From positions 367,040,001 to 367,104,000 of the forward strand of contig OZ024740.1 in the NCBI GenBank assembly GCA_964016885.1: 64,000 nucleotides of DNA, in the 5' to 3' direction. Both the position numbers and the translations under genes were made by a program. The stretch comes from Eledone cirrhosa. Taxonomy: Eukaryota. Positions 12,151 to 26,151 of the stretch are shown piece by piece (positions within the stretch are counted from its first letter, which is position 1; each line of letters opens with the position of its first letter). The notes beneath the pieces were generated by a model. It did not search any database. It saw nothing but the letters and a program-made list of their open reading frames with translations, and was not told the origin of the DNA.

Positions 12151-12566
12151 TTCTACCTGGATTTGCGACTGATAGATAGGATTAGCAATTGGAAAGTCCA
12201 ATGGCAACATTGTTTCCTCTGTCTGATTTGGCGAATGCATACAAACATAAATACATACACCCCCACACACTTACAAACACATATATACATACGTAATTAT
12301 ATCCTCAAAGATATATATATATATATTTGAAAGTGCATATCGCTTTCCATTTCACTCCACTAATACATATTTGTATGCATATATTATGTTAATAGATTGG
12401 CAGTAGCACCAAGACAGCGTGAAGCATAATAGGGGTGTATATGAAAGCATATACTATATGTTTATAAATAATAAAAATATAAGACCCTCGCTAGTAAAGA
12501 AAAAAATTGATATTTTTACATAATTGAAATTTATTTTTCTCTCTTTTCTCTGTTGACACGTTACAG

Positions 12567-12647
12567 ATATCTCAGTAGCAGTCGAGCATGCCGGACCGTG
12601 CTGTTTCAAGATTCGTTTTTCTCTCATCGGTGACATTCCCTCAACGG
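12567..12647 (+). CDS. Candidate internal host exon (81 bp, phase 1-1), xISVAVEHAGPCCFKIRFSLIGDIPST; start resembles the end of a Kazal domain
   Basis: Polypyrimidine tract plus ttacag acceptor (AG at 12565-66), G|gtaatg donor at 12648, open frame, higher GC than the flanks. Confidence 0.4.
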
Positions 12648-13985
12648 GTAATGGGATGAAAATAGACTAAAGTAAAATTAGACTTTGCATGATGAATATT
12701 TTCCAAAGATAATCATTTGCATATAGGATATAGAAAACATCGACTGGAAATGCACATTTGCATATAGTGCGAATTTGGTTGATTATAATTAATAGCACTA
12801 AGACAGTGTTAACCATAACAAGAGTGAGTATTAAAACATATACTATACACATATACATATACACACATGGGAGAATTGTTATCAAAGAAAAACAATTTTC
12901 GTTACCGGAAAAAACAAAACAAAAAAATCTGTTTCACTATTTCGCTCTGTGAACACGCCACAGATATCCCAGCGCTCTCTGACATTCTCAACTATTACTG
13001 AAATATCTCTGCCGTATTCACCAAGCAAAAGAGAGAAAAATATATTTTTCATAATGAAACGAGTCTCTCATATGTTCACTGCATATAATAATGGCTTTGG
13101 ATTTATTATATAAAAACTATGTAATACACGACAGATGCAGCTTGATAACATGTCTTCTTTATTAGTTGGATATTGCGGTCCGGTTACGTATGCCGAGTTT
13201 GGGAGGATGGGTGGTACGCATTTGGAGAGTACAGTTTGGTTTGGCAGAAGTCATGAGTATATGTTGGCGTTCGTTTATTGGTTTGTAAACCGAGTTGAGC
13301 AATACCGGTCTTATTTACGCACATAGGATATGCATTCATATATACACCCTATGATGCTTAACCCTATCTGTGTACCACTGCCATTCAGTTGTAACCAACC
13401 AAGTCCGCACTACATGCAAATAAGAATTTCCAGCTGATGATTTTTTATTTGCTATGTGTAAATGAGTAGCAAATGTTCATCACGCAAAATCTATATAAAC
13501 TCTATTTTCAGCTCAGTACAGGTGTGTGTATGCCACTGATTAGCGATTAACGAATGATGGTGTTTGGCATTCTCGACCACTACTGAGATATATGTGGAAC
13601 GTTCGTAGAACAAAAGAGAAGAAAATAATTTATCATAAAGTAATAATATATTTTTTATTTGATAGCAAGGTTTTTGTATGTTTGTTAGCATATACACCCC
13701 TGTTATGCTTAACGCTGCCTAAGTGCAAACTGCCAATTAACGAAAAGTAAACGGAAAACAACAAAGCAAACAATACGGAACAATGAAGATATATATGTTA
13801 GTTTACCGCTTAATATAGTAGGAAAATAGACTTAACGTTCGGATGATAGTCTTCTATCAGAAGATTGAATGAGAAATAGCAAGAAGAAATAGAAAGATAG
13901 TATAGAGTGAGAAGAGAATGAATCATAAATAAATACAACAGTATTTTTTGTAGCACAAAACACGTGTGTGTTCAGTCAACCATTT

Positions 13986-14058
<73 letters not shown>

Positions 14059-14196
14059 AGCAAAAGGGATATTCAATTTGTTGGTAATTCAACAAATATA
14101 AATGTTTATAACTGATTCAGAGAACTCGACAAGTTTTCTGGAGTATAATATTCAATGATATTAAATAAATGGAAACTATATTTATAAGACCATATT

Positions 14197-14257
14197 TATT
14201 CTATTATATATATTTCAAGGGTACCAAAACTTTAGCACGCTTTCATCAGATAAAATA
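14197..14257 (-). ncRNA. Type I hammerhead ribozyme at the PLE-2 3' end
   Basis: Minus strand reads TATTTTAT-CTGATGA-AAGCGTGCTA(aagttt)TGGTACCCTT-GAA-ATATATAT-A-ATAGAATA. Stems show compensatory changes relative to the PLE-1 copy. Confidence 0.88.
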
Positions 14258-15423
14258 CAAAGTTTGTTTTATAAATTTTGACATAACCAAAAAAGATACC
14301 TTAACGGTTCAAGTTTTTCTTGGATAGTGAAGGGAAAGAGAAGAAAAGTCAGATATTCCAAATTATTAAAATGAGTATGCAAATGAGGTTGAGGTATAGG
14401 GCTGAAAAAAAAACGTTATTTTAGACGCTATGCAGAATTTAAATAATTAGGATATATGTATGAGTAGGAAGAAGAAAAAAAAAAGAAAGAAGAACTTGTA
14501 TTTACGTTAATTTAAAATGAATTAACAATTTGCGGGAATGGTGGAATATGATTCCAGAATTTAAATTTATTTAGCTATATTATGAGTTATAATATTGTAT
14601 GTATAATCAATTAGATTATATGAAGAATTATGGTTGTAAGTAGATTTTATCTTATTATATTATAATAGGTTGTAAGTATATAAATATCTATATAGATTAA
14701 TAATTGAGCATGTATAAGTATTATAGAAATAGAAATAATTTATAATTATTAGTTGTTTACATTTCTAATATGAGTTACGAAGGAAGTTGATTTTGCATTT
14801 TACATAAAAAACAGGTAGTTCAAGTTGTAAGAAGAGAACAATTTGTAGATGCAAATATTTTGTTCCAACATTGAAAATGTTTTCAGAATATTGTTAATTT
14901 AGCGAAGTTATATAGTTTATCATACATATATTATAATATAATGTTTATGTTTGCACGATTGAAAAGGCAAAGATAACTCCAATCTTGTTTGTTAACCGTT
15001 AAATTTGATGATCAGAAAATATATAGAGAAAATTATATATTATTTTGTGCGAGATTAATTTCAATTATATATTATTTTAGTCGAAAGATGTGTGAAAGTT
15101 TGAAGATCAAAAGAGGAAAAAAGTAATGTGCATTTCGAAGAACTATCGTAAAGAGGATAAACTTTCAGAATGTAAATTATAGATTATCAATCTACATCTA
15201 AAAAAATATATTTAGAGGGGTATCATTAAGAAAATAATGTCAAAAGGTAAAAATAGTAGAAAATATATAAAAAAATTAAAAAAATTAATGTCAAATGGTA
15301 AAAAAAGTAGAAATATTAAAATAAATTAAGAAGGGAGATCATTTAAAAAAATTTAAATTTAAATTTTTAAAGAAAATAGGATCATTTTGAAGGTGCATAA
15401 GATTTAGTCAAGTGTAATGAATA

Positions 15424-17256
15424 TCATAAATTAAAAATACTTCTGAAAGTGGAATTTTGGTGATGTCTGAAACTAGAAAATAATTCTGTTTTAAGATTAA
15501 TAGAATTTTGACAGTTAATTATATCAAAAATTTCCTCGATACACAAGTTACAGAATCTTGAGAAAGCCATATTTCGGTATGCATGTGCTTTCGAAATCGT
15601 TCCCCAAGATATTGAATAGTCTATATTGTTGTCTTTTAAGTTCCAAATTAAATGTGAAAGTGTAGTGGAAGATTTTTTTATTGGATCTATTAAATGTGTT
15701 TTTATGGTTATACCAGCGTTCTTTGAATTTTGTAGAAGTGGCACCAATATAGTTAAATACTTTGTCTCCAGTTTTAACTGTGCATTTATAAATTACGTTC
15801 TTGTCTAAGCAATTATTTTGTAAAGAGAAGTTTGATTTAATTCTACAGTTACATTTTCTGGAGTTGTTGTTCGGAAGGGTACTATTATTGTGAATATTGT
15901 TGTTAGAAATATTATTATTGCTATTTTGGTTTGTTTGGTTAGGGTTTAAATTTAAGTTTCTATTATTAATTCTATTTATATTTCGTGCTATGTAGTAGAG
16001 TGGGGTAGTTTTATAGTGTGTCTGTTAAAAATAGAGTGGTATCTGTGGGCTTTAGGAAAACATTTATCTAGTGCTTTAAAAAATAGCTTTGCTAAAGGTG
16101 TTTTAACGCTAAATGAGAATGGGGGAGAGTACCAAATAATATTTCTAGTTCTAGTTTTTTTGTTTGGTTTAGTGTTTAAGTTAAATTGTTTATTATTATT
16201 ATAATTAATTCTAGGATTATTTGTCATGTTATTATTATCTATGTACTTAATTTTATTCGAGTATCCTGCTCTATGTATGTAAAGCTTCATTGTAATATTC
16301 TGCCTTATCATCAAAAATATTTTTTATTACCAGAGATGCGTGAAATCCGTTGTTCGATGCTATTGACAATAGTGTTTTTAATATTTGTAGGATGACCAGA
16401 ATTGAAACATACGTAATTTAGATTTTCGTTAATTTTATGGAATCGATAGTAAAGACCTGTGCTAAGGTTTAAGGTTACATCTAAGAAGTTAACTATTTTG
16501 TAGTTATTCTCGATTTCTAAATTAAGGTTGTAGCTGTTGAAAAATTGTATTATGGGTTTCCTTTTCCTATTAATGTCACTATTGCTATGGTTTTCAATTA
16601 AAAGTAACACTAGATAAATCTGTATGTTTAGACACGTAGATAATTGCCTTATTAAGTAAGCTAGGGGTAATAGAAGAGTAGTAATTTGCAATATCTATTT
16701 GAATGAATTTTATGTTATTAAACCAATCATTAGTACCGTTCCATAGTTTAAGGTGTGATTTTTCTTTAAGTAGTGGTATAATTCTATCTAGTGTATGTTA
16801 GCTAATTATGCCTAAGTCAGATTTAGATAGTGCGATGAGTCTGACTGGTAGTTCAATTTCAAAATTTCTTTTGTGGTCCTTCAGGTTAATATTCGGTTTT
16901 CTAGGTATAAAGGGTTCGGTCCTATTTTGAATGCCTAATTTATAAATAATTTCCGAAGCTTCCCTACTTAACGTTGAAAGATCTTCATTTGATGTTATTT
17001 TGTAGTTTTTCCTGATATAAAGTTATTATATTCGTCCTTTTCCATACCATATATATTATTTGTTTTGTCACATTTTACCAGAATCCTCTTTGTTTTTTCT
17101 AGATTGTCTATTTTATTCTTGAGGCCTTTAAGGTACTCCTGGCTGAGAAATTGGTTTCTTTTGAATTTAATGTTTTGTATAATAGAGATTACTTCATTTT
17201 CAAATTCGGCTAGTAGTTTGTTGCTAGGTGGATTCTTCTTAGATTTGAAGATAAGA

Positions 17257-17258
<2 letters not shown>
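15424..17258 (-). pseudogene. PLE-2 RT/GIY-YIG pseudo-ORF with an internal deletion removing the MGS...YRDD catalytic region
   Basis: ORF pieces 16995-17336, 16311-16691, 15988-16314 and 15424-15747. After YYSSITP..KHTDL (~16615) the sequence jumps to the post-YRDD region. Confidence 0.82.
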
Positions 17259-17333
<75 letters not shown>

Positions 17334-18085
17334 CATAAACGGAGAAAGCTAATAGCGATACTCCGGCCAAATTCCAACTCACTCAACAAACATTAGGAAA
17401 TATCTGAGTATAACGTTCGGGGTGCTAACTATATTGTATTGTGTAGAGAATTGGCTGTATCATTTCATATGAGATATATCACATATATCACTTCCCAGAC
17501 GACTCGTTTCATTATAAGATTTCTACAAGTTGGGTGAAATTATACCAAATTATGTAGAAGCTTGTATAAGATGAACATATACTTATACAAGTGGGCTCTT
17601 ATAATTCTTCAGTAAGTGCCCAATAATATTAATATTGATAACCAAATCAACATCAATATTTAGCGATAATCACCATCAGTGTTTGAGGGAGTTGCTAGGT
17701 TGTTAGTCCAGCAGTTCTAAAGAAAATCTCACACTGTCTCGAAAATAGGAGGAAGGAGACTACCGCCAAAACAATACATGCGCAAGAAGTAGGTGAATTC
17801 CGATGAGAATTCAAGCCACGTGCTTAGAACTCAATTGGATATGAAAAAATAACTATATGTGCGCTTCGCTTAATGACACATATAGATATTTTCTCGGGCA
17901 AAATAATAGAATTAGATACAAGAACAAACGGTCTTCATATAAAAAATAAACAAAGAGAGTCACACCTTATATCAGGAAAGTTCATATATATTTATGTGAA
18001 GGAAATAAAACGAAATGGATGAATTGTGAATATATTATATAGACTGCAGATGTAGCTCTTTCGTGTGTTTATACACACACACACA

Positions 18086-18144
<59 letters not shown>

Positions 18145-18149
<5 letters not shown>

Positions 18150-18362
18150 AGTAAGTAAGACCCCGATGGCTGAGCTCAAGCCGTTTCGACGGCTAATTCT
18201 GTCCTGAATCAAGGACAGAATTCAGGACAGAATTAGCCGTCGAAACGGCTTGAGCTCAGCCGTCGGGGTCTTACTTACTCCTATTACCCACTCTACTACC
18301 CTAAGTATTGAGTACTTTGGTGCGTTATGGTCCACCTGGTTCCTTACCACTTTTCCTTCGCT
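18145..18362 (+). mobile_element. Small fold-back element in (TA)n with the 3' half of a hammerhead; same family as 61236-61436
   Basis: Hairpin 18145-18284. GAAACGGC...GCCGTC (18242-18264) matches stem III plus GUC. The tail cctaagtattgagt..ggtgcg.tatggtccacctgg is shared with 61375-61415. Confidence 0.7.
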
Positions 18363-18867
18363 ATATATATATATATATATATATATATCCATATATATAT
18401 ATATATATATATGAGTGTGTGTGTGTGTATAAACACACGAAAGAGCTACATCTGCAGTCTATATAATATATTCACAATTCATCCATTTCCTTTTATTTCC
18501 TTCACATAGTCATTGTTGCTATTGATCTAATTAATTCCTAATTTCATATTGAACATTAACAGTAAAACGTACATTTGGAAAAGAATATTTCAGACTGTAT
18601 TATAGAGAACGTTTGTATCCATTGTACATACCCACTCACATACAAGCGCACACCCTACAGCATTTATAATCTGAGGAAAGACAATTCCTAGTTCATTACA
18701 TAAGTAAAATAATTACTCGTGCATTATTGTCGTTATATATCGTATACATACATGCATTCATATATGCATGTATACATCCCTACAGAAATAACATAGCCGC
18801 AGTCTAATGACTGAAATGTGGAAAGGAATAAAATAATGAATATACATACATACATAATACATACATA

Positions 18868-19345
18868 GTGGCTGCCAACTCGTTTTCGAGTCGGCCACTA
18901 CTTTATATGTAGGAGAACCCCTACCGATGCGGTGAACGAGTGTGAATTTTTAGTCCAGCCAGCGACTTGAAAACTCTGGTACAAACACTACACTTGGGAC
19001 AATTATTGACACACAGTGCTGGGCCCATGGTACCATGTGACGACAAGTGCAGAGAGATCTCCAGATACAAACCAATGCCTGTGCCGTGAAGCTTTTATAG
19101 TGAGCAAAGGCACTGCACAAAGCCAGTCCCACTCTCTTAACCAAGATGATATTTACCAAAAAGAAGAACAAGTCAACATCATTGGATACCATCAGGGTTG
19201 CAGGTGTTATATCAGAGTTTTCCTTCTCCTAGAATTCTGCCTTGACAAAGGCTAAGGGGTCATCTCTCCCGCTGCTTTTGGATGGTCATTGACTCTTAAG
19301 AGCTCCTTTGCCCTTTGACAGGTTATGTTTTTAGTCCTGCAGGAT
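18868..19345 (-). mobile_element. Non-autonomous RTE-type LINE derivative (5'UTR-like part plus 3' tail ending in (ATGT)n)
   Basis: Minus strand agcctttgtcaaggcagaattctaggagaaggaaaactc matches 56268-56305 and 59855-59892. The 3' end ctcgaaaacgagttggcagccactatgtatg matches 55957-55990 and 56520-56553. Confidence 0.6.
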
Positions 19346-19771
19346 GTCCAAAGTCATACATACATAATATATACATACATTAATACATACATACATATAT
19401 ACATACATATATACATACATATATACATACATACATACATACATATATATAAACATACATACATACTCACATATATACATACATACATACATACATACAT
19501 ACACACATATATACATATATACATACATGCATACATACAATCACACACGTACGTACATACAAGTATATACTGATACATAGGGATATACTTACATACATAC
19601 ATGCAGACATACATACACGCACGTACATCCATCCATCACTCCATCCATAAATCCATACATACATCCATACATACTTACACACGCACATATATATATATAT
19701 ATATATATACATCCATACATACATACTTACACACATATATATATATATATATATACATCCATACATACATA

Positions 19772-19817
<46 letters not shown>

Positions 19818-20517
19818 CACATCCATACATACACACCTATGCGCACATATGTGACTGAGGGTATATAATTTAGCTTCAGAACATATTACTCGTAATTAAC
19901 TATATATCTGTTGTGCACGTTGTACCTACACATATACTAATTAACATATATGTACCACATCCACTCTTTCGCTTTCTCTCTCCCTCTCTCTCTCCCCTCT
20001 CTCTCCTCTCTCCCCCTCTCTCTTTATTTCTCTTCCTCTCTCTCACTCTATCTCCCTCTCCTTCCCCCTCTCCCACACTCTCTCTCTCATCCCCTCACCC
20101 CCTCTCTCTAACTCTCTCTTTCTCACTCTCTCCCTCTCTCTCTCCCTCCCTATCACACTACGACACGATACAAATCTATACATGTTACGTTATTTTAGAC
20201 ATACATGCAATGTAAAGCTCCACATGCTCTGCAACAGAATTTACACCTGCATACACTGCATGTGATTTGTTACTGTTTTTACTCGAAATGTGAATGATTG
20301 TCTAATGAGGCCACTCAATGCTGTAATCGAAAGTGAATAAGGAGATGCAGGGTGGTGTTGAGGAGAATAATGGGTTAGCCTGAATGTCAGTAATGTTGAT
20401 ATTAGAGTTGGTGTGGTAGTATTAACGGTGATGGTGGTGTTAAGTTGGGGTGGTAAACATGAGGGGGTTGATGTTTGTGGTAGTGTGGCAGTATAGGATG
20501 GCGGTGTTAGTGTTAAT

Positions 20518-20922
20518 AATTGTTTCTACTTTTAGGCACAAGGCCAGCAATTACCCAGTGCATTACTGGTACTTTATTTTATCGACCCCGTAAGGATGAA
20601 AGGCAAAGTTAACCTCGGCAGGATTTGAACTCAGAGTGGCAAGGGCAGTAACTCTATACGTCAAAGCATGGCGTCCGACCCTTTACCGATACTGCCAATC
20701 CACCGAGTGTTAATAATGATTTCTGATTTAGGCAGAAGACCAGCAGTTTTGGGGAAGGGAGAAGTCGATTACACCGACCTCAGTGTGTTACACTGGTGCT
20801 TTATTTTATCGACCCCGTAAAGATGAAAGGCTAACCTAACCCCGGCGGGATTTGACCCAGATCATAAAGGGACGAAACTCTATGTTGCAAAGCATGCTGT
20901 CCGAAGCTCAACCGATTACTGC
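20518..20922 (-). mobile_element. Two adjacent tRNA-derived SINEs (family 1)
   Basis: Minus-strand A box tggcagtatcgg, B box gagttcaaatcc, core gcctttcatccttacggggtcgataaaataaagtaccag, tail ggccttgtgccta..agaaacaattatt. Target duplication agtgttaataat flanks the first copy. Confidence 0.9.
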
Positions 20923-20929
20923 TAATTAG

Positions 20930-21720
20930 TGTGGTAGTAGTGATGCCTATGGTGGTGTTATGGTGGAGTTATGAGGATGAAAGTATAGGTGTTAGTGATG
21001 GTCTGTTAGCGACAGAGATGGTGGTGAGGTAGTATAAATGACGATGGTAGTATTAAAGTGGAGTGGTAAGCATGAATGCGGTGGTATGGTAGTGATGGTG
21101 TTAGTGTAAGTGGCAGTTTGGTGTTAATGGTGGTGTTTGTAGTGGTATTAGTGTTAGTGGCGGTTTGGTGTTAGTGGTGGTGTTAATGATGGTGTTTGTA
21201 GTGGTGTTAGTGTAAGTGTTAGTGGCGGTTTGGTGTTAGTGGTGGTGTTAATGATGGTGTTGGTAGTGGCGTTGGTGTTAGTGTGAGTGGTAGTGGTAGT
21301 GTTGGCGTTAGCGTTGATGTTGGTGTTACTGGTGCCGTTGGTTCGTAGTCGTGTTGGTTTTAATGGTGTTGTTGGTGATAGTGGTGGGTTGCTGTTAGTG
21401 GTGACGGTGCTGTTATCGGTGCCGTTGGTGTTAATGGTGGTGCTGGTGTTAGTAGAGGTGATGGTGTTACTAGTGGTCATGGTGTTAGTGTTGGCGTTCG
21501 TTTTATTCGTAGCACTGTGTTTAGGTGGGGTGGGGGTGGGGCATCGATGTTGTTGGTGGTAGTGCCGGCGTTGTTGGCGTTGTTTGGTGTTAGTTTTGAT
21601 GGCGGTGTTAGTGGTGGTGTGGGAATAAAAGAGGTGGTAATAGTAAGTGTGATATTTCGGATTACATTAAGACGTGTTGCTTTTGATGGTGAAGCTGTTG
21701 TATTAGTGGTTAGTCCGAGG
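20930..21720. repeat. GTG/GTT/TAG low-complexity trinucleotide region
   Basis: Degenerate ggtggtgttagt repeats; ORFs here are Val- or Thr-rich artefacts. Confidence 0.8.
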
Positions 21721-22099
21721 TCGGTCTTGATTATATAGTCATATCATTGAAGTCATTCCGGTTATGGGCAACAGAATTACTATTTCAGACAAAATGTATC
21801 TAGGTCTATATTAGTTGATGTTTCTTCATTCAAGTCATTACAGACTGATTTTAGGTAGCTAGGTACTATTTCTAACAGGTTGTTAGTTCTTGAAAATGTA
21901 TGATGTTGATAGTGCTTAACTTTAGGGCAGCCCTGTGTTGCAGGCAAATGATGGAAAGTATTTCAGCTAAGATCATTTGGAAAGTAATTTAGAACTATAT
22001 TTAATGTGCCATTCCTTTTTTGTTAATACACACATACACGCATATCTCTCTCGGTACTCATACTCCCTCTCTCTCTCTATTTAACTATCTATCTATCGA

Positions 22100-22204
<105 letters not shown>

Positions 22205-23715
22205 ACGAAAAAAGAGAGACGTAGAGAAAATAAGATGTAGACACACACATAAATGAATGTGGATGGACAAACCTAAAATGAAAAATGAGAGAAAGTCGAT
22301 CGTTCAGATTGAATGTGGGACTGTGTGGCAATAAACACACATTCAACTATATACCTATAAACATAGATACATTCATACATATATATCCATATTCAGAATG
22401 AGAGACGGGTGGAGATGGAAAAGAAAAGGTGTATCAACTTGAGAATAACAAATTTGGTCGAAGATAATCAATAACAGAAGAAGAAGAAGAAGAAGAAGGA
22501 GAAGAAGAAGAAGAAGAAGAAGAAGAAGACTAAAAATAGAGATCAATAAAAAAGCAATATATACACAGACAAAATGAAAGAAGGCAATAAAGCAACAACA
22601 CACATATACAGTGGCACTACATAGACACACTCATATATATATATATACACTCACACGTCCCAAAAGATAGAAAGAACAAACAAAAGCACACACTGCTCAA
22701 AGGGAAAAAAGAAATAAAACCAACAATAGAAAACAGGTGACCTGCTCCTGATCAACTTGTAAGTTCAGAATCGATGCAAAGATATTCGTTATTTTATCGA
22801 TCTGTATTATTCAGAGTGAATGCAATGCAGACACTCCTATGTATATAGAAGGGGGTGGATCGACAGAATCGTTATAGATTTGGACGAAATGTTTTGCTGC
22901 GTTTCCTACAGATTTTTACTTTTTGTGTTCTAATCACGCCGAGATAAACTATACTTATCATTCTTTCTAAGTCAATAAAAATGAACTACCATTTTCAGGG
23001 AGGTGAATTGATCGAAACTATAGAGTGCTGGATAAAATGTCATACTGTGTCTTACGACAGCTTTTTACTTTTTCAATACTAACCACACCGAGGTAAACAT
23101 TGTTCATGTTTTTGGGGTTCGATAATTCAAGGAGAGGAATTCATGGAATTATTACTGCGTGATGAAATACTTTGCGCTATTTGTTCCTCGATATTTACGT
23201 TCGCAGTTCACCTATAATGACATTAATACCAAGCTATATTGACTCATTTACTTTTATCTTCGTTGGCATGGACATAGATTTGGTGCATGTGCAACTGCTG
23301 GTTTTCCATAAAAAACAAAATAATTGTCCAGGCTTGCTCCCCGGAAAGAAACATTTCAGGTATAGATAAACCATAGTCTAGTTTGATAAGCGGAGGTCGT
23401 AAACATGTATTTATGTAAGACAGCTTCAAATTCCCTAAGTTGATAATGGCAGGTTTTTGTTATTCTTTAGCCCTCATAGGTGAGGGAAAGGCAGAGTCGC
23501 TAGAGCGTCGGATAAAATGCTCAGTAGCATTTAGTTACCGTCATTTATATCATGAATTCAATTCCTGCCAAAGTCAACATCTTTCTAGTGGTTGATAAAA
23601 TAAAATACAAGAAAAGTATTGGAGGCGATATGATCTAGTTTCTAAAACCCATAAATTGCTGGCCTTGTGCTCGAATCAGAAATCACTAATCTTTAGGTCT
23701 CATACTTGTCTAAAT

Positions 23716-23895
23716 AATGGTTTCTGATTTAAGCACAAGGCCAATAATTTTGGGAGAGGGGAAAGTCGTTACTTGTACTTTATTTTATCACCCTTCGGTG
23801 AGATGAAAGGCAAAGTTAACCCCGGCGGGATTTGAACTAAGAACATAAAGGGACTTAACTATATATCACAAAGCAATACTGCCAACCCATCCCCC
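23716..23895 (-). mobile_element. SINE family 1 with ~20-bp target-site duplication; older degenerate copies nearby (22850-23140, 23490-23690, 24250-24410)
   Basis: ctcatacttgtct(a/g)aataat occurs on both sides (about 23699 and 23896). Same core as the other copies. Confidence 0.8.
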
Positions 23896-24647
23896 TCATA
23901 CTTGTCTGAATAATACAAAGAGTAAACACTTCTTTGTTCAGATATTAATTCTTTTTTTAGAATTTATTTATAATGGGCCCCCGATTTCTCTCGGAATCAT
24001 AGAGTTAATTTTTGTCAAAGGTCAACAGTTACTTATGAAAGGAAATTCCTTCCCTCCGTCCATGTTACTATTGTCTAAGGGAGATGCAAGGGACAACAAT
24101 AATATCTGGTCGATTTACCTTGATCTTGTTGTCGGTATGTATTCCAGAGAATTATTACCTTATTATCTGAGACTTTGTCTGAGAGCATGCCTATAGGAGC
24201 TCATTTGCATTATACAATGTTGGCAATTTTATATATGTAAATTCCAACTCTCGGCGAATGGCAGGTTCGTTAGAACGTCCTATAGAATAACTTGTGTTAA
24301 TTATTCTAACTCTGCGCTCTGAGTTCAAATCCCACCGAAATCAATGTTATCTTTCATCCTTTCAGAGTTAATAAATAAGGCACCACTCGAGTATTGGGGT
24401 CGATTCTTATTCTATAACATTTTTCACTTCCTCTATCGCACACTGTCTATCTTTCTCTGGTGGAAGTATCCGACTGTGCTCAGACTTAGAGAGAGCTGAA
24501 CTCCGCCAGGTATAAAATGTCAGACACGCCGTATGTCAAGTCCTACGACTCTATCAGCAGTTACGGGTGAATACACCAACACTCTTTACAATAATAGTAA
24601 TAATATATAATATAAATCGAGTAGTAGCAGCAGTATTATTATATTAT

Positions 24648-25400
24648 GGATTGGTAGTATCGATAGAGCGTCGGACAACTTGCCTTACAGCAGAGTTACC
24701 ACCCTTTACGATCTGAGTTCAAATCCCACCGCGGTTAGCTTTGCCTTTCTTCATTACGAGGTCGATAAAATAAAGTACTAGTAATGCACTGGGGTCGATT
24801 TAACCGACTTTCCCCTTCCCCAAAATTATTGGCTTTGTGCCTAAATCAGAAATCATTATAGTATCGGTAGAGGGTCGGACGCCATGCTTTCCAGCATAGT
24901 TACGTCCCTTTACGATCTGAGTTCAAATCCCGCCCAGGTTGACTTTGCCTTTCATCCTTACGGGGTCGATAAAATAAAGTACCAGTAATGCACTGGCTAA
25001 TTGGTGGCCTTGTGCCTAAAGTAGAAACAATTATTCTTATTATGTTATGAATTGGCAATATCGGAAGAGCATCGGAGAACATGCTTTATGTCATAGTGTC
25101 ACGCTCCTTTACGATCTGGTTTCAAATCCTGCCGAGGTTAGCTTTACCTTTCTTTCTTATGGGGTCGATAAAATAAAATACCAGTAACGTAATGGTGTTG
25201 ATTTAATCGATTTCGCCTCACCCAAAGATTGTTGGCCTTGTGCCTAAATCAGAAACCATTATTATTTACGATCTGAGTTCAAATCCCGCCGAGGTTTACT
25301 TTGCCTTTCATCCTTACGGGGTCGATAAAATAAAGTACCAGTAATGTACTGGGATAATTGCTGGCCTTGTGCCAAAAGTAGAAACAATTATTATTATTAA
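24648..25400 (+). mobile_element. Cluster of four head-to-tail SINEs (family 1)
   Basis: Repeated gagttcaaatccc...ggtcgataaaataaagtac...ttgtgcc..agaaa(c/t)..ttatt units starting near 24648, 24860, 25049 and 25266. Confidence 0.9.
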
Positions 25401-25632
25401 TATTAGTAGTAACAAAATCTCTGATGAATAAAGTATAAACAGTGCCATCGAAATACGAACAAAACCAAAAGAGACAACAGAAATAACAAATAATAGAAAT
25501 AATTAAAAAAGAGTTATAAGAACAAAACTAAACATCAACAAAATCTTCAAAATAAAACAGAGAAAAAACATATCACATCAAATAGTCGCTAATTGCTGCA
25601 TTTAACAAAGAAGCAACGAAATATATATATAT

Positions 25633-25697
<65 letters not shown>

Positions 25698-25963
25698 TGT
25701 GTGTGTATGTATGCGTATGTGCATGTCTTTATTTGTGTTTGTGTGTTGAAGGAAATTGAAGAAAAACCGAAATAGTTTTTGATTATTGATTTTCGAACAC
25801 AGAGGCGGTATTTTTTTATTTGGCTTTCTTCGGTTTCCTTTTCCCTTTTTTTTGTTCTTCTATTCGGTTCTTTCATGGTAGTCTTCGTTGCTGGAAAAGA
25901 TAATTCTCATTTAAGATTATGATGAAGAGTATGATGATGCCGAATATTTGAATAATGATAAAA

Positions 25964-26151
25964 ATTGTTTCTACTATTGGCACAAGGCCACCAATTTCCC
26001 AGTGCATTACTGGTACTTTATTTTATCGACCCCGTAAGGATGAAAGGCAAAGTTAACCTCGGTGGGATTTGAACTCAGACCATAAAGAGGCGTAACTCTA
26101 TGCTGGAAAGCATGGAGTCCGACCCCCTATCGATGCTGCCAAATCACCACC
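25964..26151 (-). mobile_element. SINE family 1
   Basis: Full-length reverse-complement match to 40199-40390. Confidence 0.88.

Larger units (their letters stand above)
14060..17258 (-). mobile_element. Penelope-like retroelement (PLE-2), decayed and 5'-truncated at (TA)n
   Basis: Diverged paralog of PLE-1: [67 protein letters not shown]. The 3' end carries the same HHR region. Confidence 0.88.

Noticed and set aside
13828-13868. Hammerhead-like remnant on the minus strand (ctgatagaag...ccgaacgttaag); similar hints near 53985-54045 and 54595-54625
   Set aside because: Cores are non-canonical and the stems cannot be convincingly paired by eye.
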